Positions 23,915-37,147 of a stretch of DNA of 64,000 nt are shown here, piece by piece. Origin of the DNA: Mobula hypostoma. Taxonomy: Eukaryota. How positions within the stretch are numbered: the first letter of the stretch is position 1; each line of letters starts with the position of its first letter. The stretch lies in the NCBI RefSeq assembly GCF_963921235.1, contig NC_086097.1, positions 24,306,001-24,370,000 on the forward strand, given 5' to 3'. Made by a program: the position numbers and the translations under genes. The notes under the pieces were generated by a model that did no database searches, was not told the DNA's origin, and was given only the letters and a program-made list of their open reading frames with translations.

Positions 23915-24555
23915 TCTGAGGGGTATAGATAGCATAAAAGCAAGCAGGCTTTTCCCACAGAGGTTGGGTGAGACTAGAACTAGAGATCACGGGTTTAGAG
24001 TGAAAGCTGAAGCATTTAATGGGAACCTCTTCACTCAGAGGGTGGTGAGAGTGTGGAATGAGCTGCCAGTGCAAGTGGCAGATATGGGTTTGATAGCAAC
24101 ATCTACAAGGACTTTGGATGGGAGAGATAGGGAGGGTTTTGATCCAGGTGCAGTTTGACGGGGCGAGGCAGAACGATAGTTCAGCATGAACTAGATGGGT
24201 TGAAGGGACTGTTTCTGTGCTGTAGCAACCTGTGATATAATGGTGCCAATGTATTGCCGATCTTGGACATCTAAAGTTAATTTCTATCATTGCAAACTGG
24301 TGCACACACTCTGTGGGGGGAGAGATTTAATAAGAAGTTGAGGGGCAACTTCTTCACCCAGAGTGTGGTCAGAGCGAGCTGTCAGAGGAAGTGATTGAGG
24401 CACTAATAACTTTAACCACACTTAAAAGGTACATGGATAGGGAAGGATGAGAGGGCTTTGGGTCAAACATGGGCAATGGGGTCCAAATTAGATGAAAATC
24501 TTGGTCTGCATGGATCAGTGGGACTGAAGGCCTTGTTATTGTGTACTACGACTCT
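23915..24555 (+). mobile_element. Two degraded CR1 3' ends
   Basis: ETRTRDHGFRVK..LFTQRVVRVWNELP; second TTCTTCACCCAGAGTGTGG end at ~24350. Confidence 0.7.
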
Positions 24556-26351
24556 GTGACCAAAACTCTCCCTATCCTGTATTTACGTCTTGTGACAAAG
24601 GGCATTTTTATCATACGACATGGGAGAGCATGGTCTTCCCATGACCATTTTTGTTCTTGGCAAATTTTTCTACAGGTCTGGTTTGCCATTGCCTTCTTTA
24701 CAAAGACACTGGACAAAGGAGAAACTTATGCTTTTTTGTCTTCTCTGGATTTGAGAAGATTTGTTTGCTTTAAAGGAGTTTATAAGCTAGGTAGGGAGGG
24801 GCGATGTTCTTCAGGAGAAACTAGTTCAGGACACAGTGATATCAGAACCAGGTCATTCAGGAGAAATTAGGAATCACTCATTTAGAGAGAAGAAGAAGGC
24901 AGTGGAAGGGAGAGTATGGACATGGGAGACACAAGTTCTACTATCTGTGTCACTGTGCCATCCCTCTCTCTTTATCCTGTAGTTAAGAAGGTATGGATTC
25001 AGTTGTGAACTTCATACGTGATAGAGTACATAGAACATAGAGTACAGCACTGTCCAGGCCCCTCAATCCAAGATGTTGCACTGACCTTTTATCTACTCTG
25101 AGATCAATCTAACACTTCCGTCCTACATAGCCCTTCACTTCTCTGTCATCCACGTGCCTATCTAAGAGTTTCTTAAGTGTCTCTACCATCACCTCTGGCA
25201 CCGACGCACCCACCAGTCTCTGTGTTAAAAAAACTACCTCTGACATCCCTCCCCCCTCCCATCATTTCCTCCAATCATTTTAAAATTATACCCCCTGGTA
25301 TTAGCCATTTCCACCCTGTAAATGTGCTAGATTTGTTCGAACAAAGTGAGTGAATGAGGGTCAGGTATGTAACTCATTGATCAGAGTAACAGGTTTGATG
25401 AGTTGATGTCTGTTCCTGTCTTCCAACATTCTTAGGAATGATCTGGTTGTGCAACAGCTATTCCGAAACTTCTTGGAGAGAAGGTGCAGTACAACACTTG
25501 TCTTTACCTTTCTGATAAGGAGCTCAATTGCTTGACTAGGCTTCCCAGCTTCCAATATCCATCACATTGAATCATGGGAATGCCATCACCTCCAATGTCT
25601 CCATTGCACCTTAAAAGAATTTCATTGGCTGTGAACTTCTCAGGATCTTTGTGAAATGTAAAACAGATGGCCCCTCATGTCATAGAAGGGTAACTAAAAT
25701 TCATCCTTATGAACTTCAAAAATCACCAGCAAAAAATATTGGATACAAAAAATATCTACTCTTACAGAATTTATGGGAAGAAAAGTAAATTTTGAGTCTT
25801 GGCATTTAGTGTGTGTTGCTCTGGATGCCAGACATCTGCAGAATCTCTTGTGTTTGTTACTAAATACAAAATGTATTATTTTTAAGCTCACATTTCTTGA
25901 CATATGGGCAGCAGACATAGCCCTGCATAACAGAAAATCATGATATGACCAATTTTATAGAAAGACCACCTCCCTAGAACACAGAAGTCATTTCCGTATG
26001 AACTCATTCGATCACGAGAGTGAAACTCTCAGTATTGGAGTGTTTACCTTGTGCATTCTGTTTTTTTTATTAATAAAAAACAAATTTCAGTAGAGGAACT
26101 GAATCAGAATACTTAGTGAATCAGTCGGCCTCTGTGGAGGGAGAGTTTCCTGACCACTTGACTATCTCCATAATTTTCTGATTTTGTGGTGAATAGGTTT
26201 TCACTTAATCTCTTGTGAGTAAGGCTCTTTAGTTGCTTTTCTTTAATTTACGGGTTAAAAACTGTTCATTGCCAGGGTACTTTCAGGTTTGGAGTCAGCA
26301 ATCAAAATCAGATTTATTCTCATTGTCTTATACGTTGTGAAATTCACACAA

Positions 26352-27273
26352 TATGATACAAAGATAGGTGGAGGAGTGGGTAGTGTTGAGGAAACAGAGA
26401 GCCTGCAGAGAGACCTAGATAGTTTAGGGGAATGGGCAAAGAAGTGGCAAATGAAATACAATGTTGGAAAGTGTATGGTCATGCACTTTGGTGGAAGAAA
26501 TAAATGGGAAAACTATTATTTAGATGGGGAGAGAATTCAAAATGCAGAGATGCAAAGGGACTTGGGAATCCTTGTGCAAGATACCCTAAAGGTTAACCTG
26601 TAGGTTGAGTTGGTTGTGAAGAAGGCGAATGCAATGTTGGCATTCATTTCTAGAGGTATAGAATATAAGAGCCGGGATGTATGTTGAAGCTCTATAAGGC
26701 ACTTATGAGACCACACTTGGAGTATTGTGTGCAGTTTTGGGCTTCTTATTTTAGAAAGGATATACTGACATTGGAGAGGGTTCAGAGAAGATTCACCAGA
26801 ATGATTCCAGGAATGAAAGCGTTACCCTATGAGGAATGACTGGCAGCTCTTGTGCTGTATTCCCTAGAGTTCAGGAGAATGAGAGGGGGATTCTCATAGA
26901 AACATTCCGAATGTTAAAAGGCCTGAACAGATTAGATATGGCAAAATTATTTCCCATGGTAGGGGATTCTAGGACAAGAGGGCACAACTTCAGGATTGAA
27001 GGACATTCTTTTAGAATTGAGATGCGGAGAAATTACTTTAGTCAGAGGGTGATAAATCTGTGGAATTTGTTGCCACGACTGGTTATGGAGGCCAAGTCAT
27101 TGGGTGTATTTAAAGCAGAGATCGATAAGTTCTTGATTAGCCAGGGCATCGAAGGGTATGGGGTGAAAACAGGGGAGTGGGGATGACTGGATGAAGTGGA
27201 TCAGCCCTTTATTGAATGACGGAGCAGACTCGATGGGCTGAATGGCCTACTTTTTCTCCTAAATCTTATGGTC
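26352..27273 (+). mobile_element. CR1 LINE 3' fragment
   Basis: DTKIGGGV..LQRDLD..WQMKYNVGKC..; FSQRVINLWNLLP; TCTTATGGTC tail. Confidence 0.9.
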
Positions 27274-27284
27274 TAAAATTTTCT

Positions 27285-27700
27285 CGTATTTGTGGTGTCG
27301 TGAAATTTGTTGTTTTGCAACAACTGTACAAAGCAGATATATAAAATTACTCTAAGTTACAATAATGAATAAATTATGCAAAAGACAAATAACAAAGTAG
27401 TGTCACGGGTTCGTGGACCGTTCAGAAATCTGATGGTAGAGGGGAAGAAGCTGTTCTAAAAATGGTTGATGTGGGTCTTCAAGCTCTGGTATCTCCTCCC
27501 GATATAGTAATGAAAAGAGGGCGTGTTCCCCCTTTCCTCCCCCCTCCTCCCCGGTAGGTGAGGGTCCTTAGTGATGGATGCAGCCTTCCTGAGGCACCAC
27601 CTCCTGTAGATGTCCTCGATGGTGGGGAGGGTGATTCCTGTGATAGAGCTGGTTGAGTCAACCTTCTGTAGCCTCGACAACACAGCGCATGTGTCATACA
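27285..27700 (-). mobile_element. Rex1-like LINE 3' fragment
   Basis: ORF 27456-27710(-) ITGITLPTIEDIY..CLRKAASITKDP..GRRYQSLK. Confidence 0.75.
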
Positions 27701-27780
27701 ACGTGTTCAACGTACATGGCTAAGGAAGAATCTCTAACCTCTTAATCTCAGTAAACTGCAACAAAAATTAGATTATAACA

Positions 27781-28011
27781 GAAACACAAGGAAGTCTGCA
27801 GACCCTGCAAATCCAAAGCAATACACACCAAAATGCTGGAGGAACTCAACAGGTCAGGCTGCACCTATGGAAATGAATAGATAGTCGATGTTTTGGGCTG
27901 AGACCCTTATTCAGGACTGAGAAGGAAGGGTCTCGGCCCAAAATATCACCTGTCTATTCAGTAGATGCTGTCTGACCTGCTGAGTTCCTCCAACATTTAT
28001 TGTGTGTTGTT
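27781..28011. mobile_element. Inverted-pair Penelope pseudo-LTR element
   Basis: AAAATGCTGGAGGAACTCAACAGGTCAGG arm versus CTGACCTGCTGAGTTCCTCCAACATTT arm; decayed hammerheads on both strands. Confidence 0.8.
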
Positions 28012-28944
28012 TTAGGCTATAACTGTCCTTGTTTTTTGGTCGGACTTGGGATCTGGGAGTTGCTAGCAAGTCCAGTGTTGACTCCACATTCCACATGGCA
28101 CCAGAATATCTGGCAGCAGTTGTGGGCTGCCTCCAGCATATCCTTGGGTTTTGTTGGTTGTTAACTTATATGACCCATTTCACTGTATGTTTTGATATAC
28201 ACGTGATAACTAAATTATTCTGAATCTCTTCAATTCTTCAGCTTCTCCTTTTCTTGGCGGGTGAGAGCAGCTCACAATATCTCTCATGGGTAGGCAGAAG
28301 GCATGAAATTATATTGAACGTTGGCCTATAAAATCTACCAATTCTTTTTTTTCCATATATATTCAATTACCACTCTTTCCCACTACTTACAGAAAGCTTT
28401 TAGACACTCACCATGCATGGAAGCAAAATAGTGAAATAAGCCTTTTGTTCTATTCAGTATACCATGGGGAGGCTAACGTTACTTCACAGTATCTCCAACA
28501 ACTCATTAAATCTGATGTATAACTCTCACGAGATGTCTAGCATTCATCCACAATGTTAAAAGGTTTGACATTTCTCTAGCGTTCTTCCGTGTTACTCACT
28601 TCACACAGTCAATAACCAAACTTGCCTTTTATTCCTCAGTTTCAACAGCTGTTTTGTGTAGCACGTTTATCAAGGTCAGATTGCGTGTAGCTCCTCTCTC
28701 ATTCCAGTAAAGGCTTTCTCTTAAGCGGACAATGTAAGGGGCCTGCCTCTGCTCTGCGGCTCAGTAGGAAACCTTCCTGTTGCTGAGTCACAAATACCTG
28801 AGTTCAGGTCTAATTCCAGAGACTTCAGAACAAAGTCGAGGTTGGTGCACGAGCAATGCTGGTTATCAGCAGCCCCATTGCATGGATGGTGCATTGAAGG
28901 GAGGGCCTCTGCACTTCCAGATGGATGTAATCAATAAGCATGTG

Positions 28945-29285
28945 GATTTTGCAGGTGCCCGGAATCCAGATCAACACACACAAAATACTGGAGGAACTCA
29001 GCAGGCGAGACAGCATCTATAGAAAGAATAGATAGTCAATGCTTCAGGCCAAGACCCTTCTTCAGGACTAAGAAGGAAGAGGAAGATTCCAGAATTCCTT
29101 CTTCTCCAGCCCTTGACCTTTCCCACCCACCTGGTTTCACCTTCCAAGTAGCCTCCTTCCCCTCCCCTTCCACTTTTCATTCTGACCTCTTCTGTCCTCC
29201 TTGTCAGTCATGAAGAAGGGTCTCGGCCTGAAACGTCGACTGTGTATTCATTTCCAGGCCCGCTCAGTTCCTCCAGCATTTTTTG
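28945..29285. mobile_element. Inverted-pair Penelope pseudo-LTR element; hammerhead at 29205-29242 with C3>A change
   Basis: CAGTCATGAAGAAGGGTCTCGGCCTGAAACGTCGACTG. Confidence 0.8.
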
Positions 29286-29378
29286 GACATAAATAATGTC
29301 CACTTTGCTGCTAACTGACACAGTGGCACAGCTGGTGAGGCTACAGCCTTGTAGCTCCAGTGACCCAGTCTGATCCTG

Positions 29379-30284
29379 GATGTGGGGGTAGAAGGGTGGG
29401 TTGGCAAGTTTGCAGATGATACAAAGGTTCATGGTGTTACAGATAGTGTAGAGGATTGTCGAAGATCGCAGAGAGACATTGATAGGATGCAGAAGCGGGC
29501 TCAGAAGTGGCAGATGGAGTTCAACCCGGAGAAGTGTGAGGTGGTACACTTTGGAAGGACAAACTCCAAGGCAGAGTACAAAGTAAATGGCAGGATACTT
29601 GGTAGTGTGGAGGAGCAGAGGGACCTGGGGGTACATGTCCACAGATCCCTGAAAGTTGCCTCACAGGTGGATAGGGTAGTTAAGAAAGCTTATGGTGTGT
29701 TAGCTTTCATAAGTCGAGGGATAGAGTTTAAGAGTCGCGATGTAATGATGCAGCTCTATAAAACTCTGGTTAGGCCACACTTGGAGGCCTGTGTCCAGTT
29801 CTGGTCGCCTCACTATAGGAAGGATGTGGAAGCATTGGAAAGGGTACAGAGGAGATTTACCAGGATGCTGCCTGGTTTAGAGAGTATGCATTATGATCCG
29901 AGATTAAGGGAGCTAGTGCTTTACTCTTTGGAGAGAAGGAGAATGAGAGGAGACATGATAAAGGTATACAAGATATTAAGAGGAATAGATAGAGTGGATA
30001 GCCAGCACCTCTTCCCCAGGGCACCACTGCTCAATACAAGAGGACATGGCTTTAACGTAAGGGGTGGGAAGTTCAAGAGGGATATTAGAGGAAGGTTTTT
30101 TTACTCAGAGAGTGGTTGGTGCCTGGGTCAGTGGTGGAGGCAGATACACTAGTGAAGTTTAAGAGACTACTAGACAGGTATATGGAGGAATTTAAGGTGG
30201 GGGGTTATATGGGAGGCAAGGTTTAAGTGTCAGCACAACATTGTGGGCCGAAGGGCCTGTACTGTGCTGTACTGTTCTATGTTC
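29379..30284 (+). mobile_element. Young CR1 LINE fragment inserted into a tRNA-SINE
   Basis: 256-aa ORF 29382-30152 KFADDTKV..RPHLE..; SINE head at 29315-29378 resumes at 30285 (GACATCCGGCACTGTTTGTGTGGAGTTTGC). Confidence 0.9.
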
Positions 30285-31524
30285 TGACATCCGGCACTGT
30301 TTGTGTGGAGTTTGCAGGTTCTCCCTGTGACCTCTTGGGTTTCATTTGTGTGCTCTGGCAGGTTAAGCTGCCACTGTGCATTGCCACTGCTGTATAGGCA
30401 AGTGGTAAAATGTGGGGGATTGATGAGAACATGGGGGAAATAGAATGGGATTAACAAAGGACTTGTGTAAATGAGTGATTGATCGTCAGCATAGAATATA
30501 GAGCAGTGATCAGGCTTATTATCACTGATGTATGTCATAAAATTTGTTTTGAAGCAGTAGTACAGTGCAATACATAAACATTACAGTAAGAATATATAAA
30601 AATTTGATAAAGTGTGCAAAAAGTGAGCAAAGTAGTGAGGTAATGTTCATGGATTTATCGACCATTCAGAAAGCTGATGGTGGAAGGGCAGAAGCTGCTC
30701 CTAAAACATTGAGTGTGCATCTTCAGGCTCCTGTACCTCCCCATTGATAGTAGGAATGAGAACAGTGCCAGTCCTGGATGGTGAGGTTGCTTCATAATTG
30801 ATGCCTTTTGAAAATGTCCTTGAGGTGGGATGATGCTACACAGTACAGGCCCTTCGGCCCACAATGTTGTGCCGACCTTTTAACATGATCAATCTAATCC
30901 TTCCCTTCCACATATCCCATAACCTTCCATACTTCTTCCATCCAAGTGTCTCTTAAATGTTGGAGCAACCACCATCCTGAGTAGTGTGATCCATGCAATT
31001 ACTGTAGCCAAAAGAAAATGAACTCTGACATTTCCCCATAAACTTTCCTCCAAGTACCTTAAAAGGATGCCTGCTGGTATTATCCACTGATGCCCTGGCA
31101 AAAGACCACTGGCTTTCCACTCTGTCTATGCCTCTCATAATCTTACAAATTTCATTATGAATTCAAAAAAGTTGCTCCACATTCCAGCATTTGCAGTCTC
31201 TTGTGTCTCTTCTCTACAAAAGTAGTTCATTGGCTCTAAGTGGTTTTGAGACATTGTGAAGGGCACTTTATAAGTGCAGTTATTTCATTCTTTCTCTGAC
31301 TGCAGTCTCTCTCACGTTTCCCTCACAACATAAGAGGAAAGCCATTTGATGCCTTGTTTTACAGATCACTCAAGATTTCATTGAATGAAGGAGAGACTAG
31401 AGTGGTTTAATGGTCTTCCATGGTCCAACATTCTTAATAAATGATTTTGAAACTGACTGGGTGAGAGTGGGTTAACTTTGAAGCTGTATCCTTGCCAGAT
31501 TCAACCACTACACAACTGAAGGTG

Positions 31525-32090
31525 AAGAGAGACAGACAAACAGACAGACAGACATACAGACCGATAGTTAGGTAGAGAATGAGAGACAGAGATAAAGACA
31601 GGGATGGATAGATAGAGAGAGTCAACAAAGAGAAACAAAGACAGAGAGACAGACTGAAAGAGCGAGAGAGAGAGAGACAGAGAGAGAGAAATCGGTAGAG
31701 GCAAAAGACAGAACCAGAGAGAGAGAGAGAGAGAGAGAGTTTGGCAGATACAAAGACAGAGAGAGAGAGAGAAAGAGAGAGAGAGACAAAGACAGACAGA
31801 CAGGCAGAGAAGGATAGACAGAGAGATTGGTAAATACAAAGACAGAGAGAGAGAGAGAGACAAGGAGACAGGCAGAGGAAGACAGACCGAGAGAGATAGA
31901 CAGACAAGCAGAGAAGGATAGAGAGAGAGATTGGCAGATACAAAGACAGAGAGAGAGGGAGAGAGACACAGAGAGGTAGGCAGAGAGACAGAGAGAAGGA
32001 GAGGCAGAGAAGGACAGAGAGGGAGAGAGAGATTGGCAGAGACAAAGTCAGGGAGAAAAGGACAGACAGACAGAAACAGAGAGAGACCGC
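31525..32090. repeat. Compound (AG)n/(AGAC)n purine-rich repeat with higher-order units
   Basis: GAGAGAGATTGGCAGATACAAAGACAGAGAG unit recurs about 4 times. Confidence 0.9.
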
Positions 32091-32917
32091 TAGGGTGAGA
32101 GTGTACAGTAATATGGTACAACTCGTGGAAAATAAGTTATCATTTCCCTCACCCACAATTCTTCACTATGAAATTTGCCTATAATTATCCATGAATTCCT
32201 TTTTTTGCCCCCAAATATTATTGACAAGTTAGTCTGACTGTGGGGATTGTAAGGACGGAGGGAGGGAGGAACTCCTAATGTTCGCCTGGAGTCAGACCCA
32301 GCATGTTCTGAGACAGCTTGGTGTACACATTCTTTTACATATCACCTTCCACATCATGTCCAGGATATTGTGCCAGTCAATAAGTACTTCGGAGATGTAT
32401 TGTTCAAAGTTCAAAAGCTCAAATTAAATTTATTATCCAAGTACATATGTCACCATATATTATACTGAGATTCATTTTCTTGCAGGCATTTACTGTAGGA
32501 CAGAGAAATACTATAGAAGCAATGAGAAATTATACACCAAGACTGATAATCAATGTACAAAAGACGACAAATGGTGCAGATAAAGAAAATATATAAATAA
32601 ATAACACTGAGAACATGAGCTGCAGAGTCCTTGAAAGTGTCCATAGGTTGTGGAATTAGTTCAGAGCTGAGGTGAGGAACGTTATCCACACTAGTTCAGG
32701 AGCCTGATGGGTGTGGGGTACAATAACAAAGCTGGTGGTGTGGGTCCTATGACTCCTGAACCTAGTTCGTTATGGAGCCTGATTGCCGACTGCTGCTCAG
32801 CAGGTTCTTAGATGCAGGAATGTGAAAATGACCAGAAAGCTTTATTTTTATGATGCTTGTGGAGAGATGAATTTTGACCAAAACACCACAGTTAACCTCG
32901 TTGCTTCTCATTTAGAT

Positions 32918-32980
32918 CATGGGTTCCGAACCTGGAGTCCACGGATCCCTCTGTTACTGGTACTGGTTGGGAAACTCCTG
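32918..32980. mobile_element. Degenerate copy of the 80-bp hAT MITE
   Basis: CATGGGTTCCGAACCTGGAGTCCACGGATCCC..GGTTGGGAAACTCCTG, homologous to 54968-55047. Confidence 0.7.
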
Positions 32981-33697
32981 AGTTAGAGAGTGCCATTGGA
33001 CCCAGCTGAGAGAGGATGAGCTTTAGTTTAGATGAATGATGATATCTCCAACTGCACACCACTTCCTTAATGCAAGGCTGAAGCTTCAATCTAGCATTCA
33101 GTGTTCATCTATCTGGAATGGAATTTGAATCTATAATCTTCTGATCCAGCCACAATACTGTTATCCACTGGGAACTTGAATCCACAGTATATTATTATGC
33201 TCTGTCAATCTTCCTCACCACAACTGACTTTTATCTATACCCATCTCCCTATCTATCTCACTTTCAGATTGTCAGTCTCTCTGTTTAACTGCCTATCTCT
33301 CCACATCCATCAATTTATATCTAACAACCTCCTTCACTAACTAACTTACAGTATCGGGTGATCTATCTCACTGTATCTCCTGCCCTCTCTTACCATCAAT
33401 CAATCTTGCTATCGATCCATCTTAACATTTATCTGCTCCCTTCAGTTTTTATCGGCCTTGCTGCTTATCAATGGGTTGGTCCAGCCATCCATCTCGTCGC
33501 TGTCTATCATGCCATAAATACAGACTAGGCCGGGAGTGCTAAATGTGTAGTTTTGCAGATTGTACCCTGACACAATCAAACGCAAGAAAAATGCTGGTTA
33601 GTGGGATTAGTGCAAGTGTCTCCTTAATGGCCAGCATGGACTAGATGGGTCAAACTACTTACTTCTGGGCTGCAGCTTCTGATAATCCCCTTTCATT

Positions 33698-36096
33698 CAC
33701 TCAGTGGCCACTTTATCAGCGTCCTCTGCTGTTGTATTCCGTCCACTTCAAGGTTCAATGTGTGTGCATTTAAAGATGTTCTTCTGCACACCACTGTTGT
33801 AACTTGTGCTTATTTGAGTTACTGTCACCTTCCTGTCAGCTTGAAACAGTCTGTCCATTCTCCTCTGACCTCCCTCACTAACAAGGTATTCTTTTGTTTT
33901 CCGCACCATTCTCAGTAAAATCCAGAGACCATTGTACCTGAAAATCCCAGGAGATCTGCAGTTCCTGAGATATCCAAACAGTTAACTTCATTAAGAACAC
34001 GTTTTTATGCCTTGAGTTGCTCTAGGTGTACATGTGTAGGAGCAGGTGTATACGTGTACCTAATAAACAAAGAGTACTCAAATAGCAAAATAGTACAACC
34101 GTGTTGACAAAGGAAGTCAAAGCTCATGTAAAATCAAAAGAGAAGGCATACAAGAAAGCAAAAATTAATAGGAAGGTAGAGGATTGGGAAACTTTTAAAA
34201 ACCTACAGAGAGCAACTAAAAGAATCATTAGGAGGGAAAAGATGAAATATGAAAGCAAGGTAGCAAACAATATCAAAGTGGATATTAAAAGCTTTTTTGA
34301 GTATGCAAAGGAAAAAAGAGAGATGAGAGTGGATATAGCACTGCTAGAAAATGAGGCCAGAGAAATAATAACAGGGGACAAGGAGATGGCAGATGAACTA
34401 GATGTGTATCTTGCATCTGTCTTCACTGTGGAAGACACCAGCAGTGTGCCAGATACTGAAGGGTGTGAAGGAAGAGAAGTGGGTGCAGTTACTATTACGA
34501 GGGAGAAATTGCTCAAAAAGCTGAAAGACCTAAGGGTACGTAAGTCACTTGGACCAGATGACCTGCACCCTAGGGTTCTGAAGGAGGTAGCAGTGGAGAT
34601 TGTGGAAGCATTAGCAATAATCTGACATGATGCCAGAGGGCTGGAAAATTGCAAACATCACTCCAATCTTTAAGACAGGAGGAAGGCAGCAGAAAGGAAA
34701 TAATAGACCAGTTAGCCTGACCTCAGTGGTTGGGAAGATGTTGGAGTCAATTGTTAAGGATGACTTGTGGAGTACTTGATGACACAGGACAAGATAGGAC
34801 AAAGTCAGCATGGTTTCCAAAGGAAAATCTTTGAAGAGATTACAAGTAGGTTAGATAAAGGGGATGTGGTGGATGTTGTATATTTGGACTTTGAGAAGGC
34901 CTTTGACAAGGTGTCACATATGAGACTGCTTACCAAGTTAGGAGCCAATGGTGTTACAGGAAAGTTACTAACATGGTTAGAGCATTATCTGATTGGTAAG
35001 AGGCACCAAGTGGGAATAAAAGGATCCCTTTCTAGTTGGCTGCCAGTGACTAGTGGTGTTCCACAGGGTTTGGTGTTGGGACCACTTCTTTTTATACTGT
35101 ACATAAATGATTTAGAAAATGGAATAGATGGCTTTATTGCCAAGTTTGCAGATGATACAAAGATTGGTGGAGAGGCAGGTACTGTTGAGGAAACAGGTAG
35201 ACTGCAGAAGGACTTAGACAGATTAGGATAATGGACAAGAAAGCAGCAAATGAAATACAATGTTGGAAAGTGCATGGTCATGCACTTTGATAGTAGAAAT
35301 AAATGTGCAGACTATTTCCTGAATGGGGAGAAAATCCAAAAATCTGAGATGCAGAGGGGCTTGGGAGTACTTGTGCAGAACACTCTGAAGGTTAACCTGT
35401 AGGTTGAGTCAGTGGTGAGGAAGGCAAATGCAATGTTAGCATTCATTTCAAGAGGTCTAGAATACAAGAGCAGGGGTGTGATGGTGAGGCTTTATAAGGC
35501 ACTGGTGAGGTCTCACCTTGAGTATTGTGATCAGTTTTGGGCCCCCCATCTTAGAAAAGATGTGCTGGCATTGGAGAGAGTCCAGAGGAGGTTCACAAGG
35601 ATGATTCCAGGAATGAAAGTGTGACTATACAAAGAACATTTGATGGCTCTGAGTCTGTCCTCACTGGAATTTAGAAAGATGAGGAAACCTTAGAATCACT
35701 GAAACCTTTTGAATATTGAAAGGCCTAGATAGGGCAGATGTGGAAAGGATGTTTCCCATGGTGGGGGAGTCTAGGTCAAGAAGGCACAGCCTCAGAATAG
35801 AGGAGCGCCCATTTATAACAGAGATGTGGAGAAGTGTTTTTAGCCAGAGGGTGGTGAATTTGTGGAATTTGTTACCACAGAAACTGTGGAGGCCAGATGG
35901 TTGAGTGTATTTAAAGCAGAGATTGATAGGTTCTTGATTGGACACGGCATCAAAGGTTACAGGGTGGGGAATGGTTTGAGGAGGGGAGAAAAGGATCAGC
36001 CATGATTGAATGGCAGAGCAGACTTGATGGGCCAAATGGCCTAATTCTGCTCCTATGTTTTATGGTCTTATGTTTTAATAAAGTGGCCACTGAGTG
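33698..36096. mobile_element. Tc1-derived MITE whose right TIR is split by a CR1 insertion
   Basis: Left TIR CACTCAGTGGCCACTTTAT; right TIR GTGTACCTAATAAA (to 34067) resumes as TAATAAAGTGGCCACTGAGTG (36076-36096). Confidence 0.85.
34068..36075 (+). mobile_element. CR1 LINE (~2 kb, degraded ORF2) with 7-bp TSD
   Basis: ORFs 34101-34625 (KSLGPDDLHPRVLKE) and 34767-35231 (YLDFEKAFDKV..GVPQG..FADD); TAATAAA at 34061-67 and 36076-82. Confidence 0.92.
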
Positions 36097-37147
36097 CATA
36101 TACACCTCTACTACAACCCCTGGTAGCACATTCCAGGTACTCACCACTCTCTGTGTAAAAAAATTGCTCTCTATATCTCTTTTGAAATTACTTGTCATCT
36201 TAAATGGATAAGGAGGAATTTCTTTTGCTGGAGTGTGTGAGTCTGTGAAATTCATTGCCACAGATGTCTGTGGAGGCCAAGTCTTCGGGTATATTTTGGG
36301 CAGAGGTTAATACATTCTTGATTAGTAAGGCGGTCAAAGGTTATGGGGTAAAGATCAGAGAACAAATTCCGCAACATAAATCAATGATATTAAATCTGAT
36401 TCAGATTTTGATTCTGGATTGAATATCAGCTGTGATTGAATGGCAGAGCAGAATTGATGGACTGAATGGCCTAATTCTGCTTGTCAGGCTTACGGTCAAG
36501 ACATGGAGTCCAGCCACCTGCATTAAGCCAAAGCTGCCAAAGCCGCCAAAGCCCTCTGCCCACCTCTCTGAGGTCCTACAGCCTCAGCTGGAACACAGTC
36601 TGAAACTGGTAGGGTCAAGACTGGATCTCCTCTCCACGGTGAATCCCTCTGCCAGCTGCAGGCTTCACCTGTCATTACTTGGTAACTGATCCCAGCCAGT
36701 GGATGGTGGTGATTTACCCTTTGAAATCTATGGCAGCCCTCAGCCATCAGAGCACAGGCATCAGAAGACTTGGTGCCCTGCACCACAAGTAAAACATAGG
36801 GATTGCAACAGTGGCTGGCCACGTCAGCCCACAACCCACACAGTGGACTCCAGTCTTGAGAGAAGTATCTCGAGTGGCGTCATCACCATTCACCCTGCCT
36901 CTCAGTGCTGAGTGGATCACGACCTTCAGGTACAGCGATTACTGCATTTTTTAAAGCCCCCAGGAGTGGGTTGACCGTGTGCTCGGAATCTCCTTCAGAT
37001 TTCAGCCCCAGCCCATCATCCGAATTACTCGCTTGGATTATGTTCAATTTACCCACTCTCCAAGTGGAAATTCCCAGTGGCCTTGGATAATGTTCAATTT
37101 ACCCGGATCCCCAAACAATTTACCCGCTCCCCATGTGGAAATTCGCA

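Noticed and set aside
31434..32156. 240-aa and 206-aa Leu/Ser-rich ORFs
   Set aside because: Translations of an AG microsatellite.
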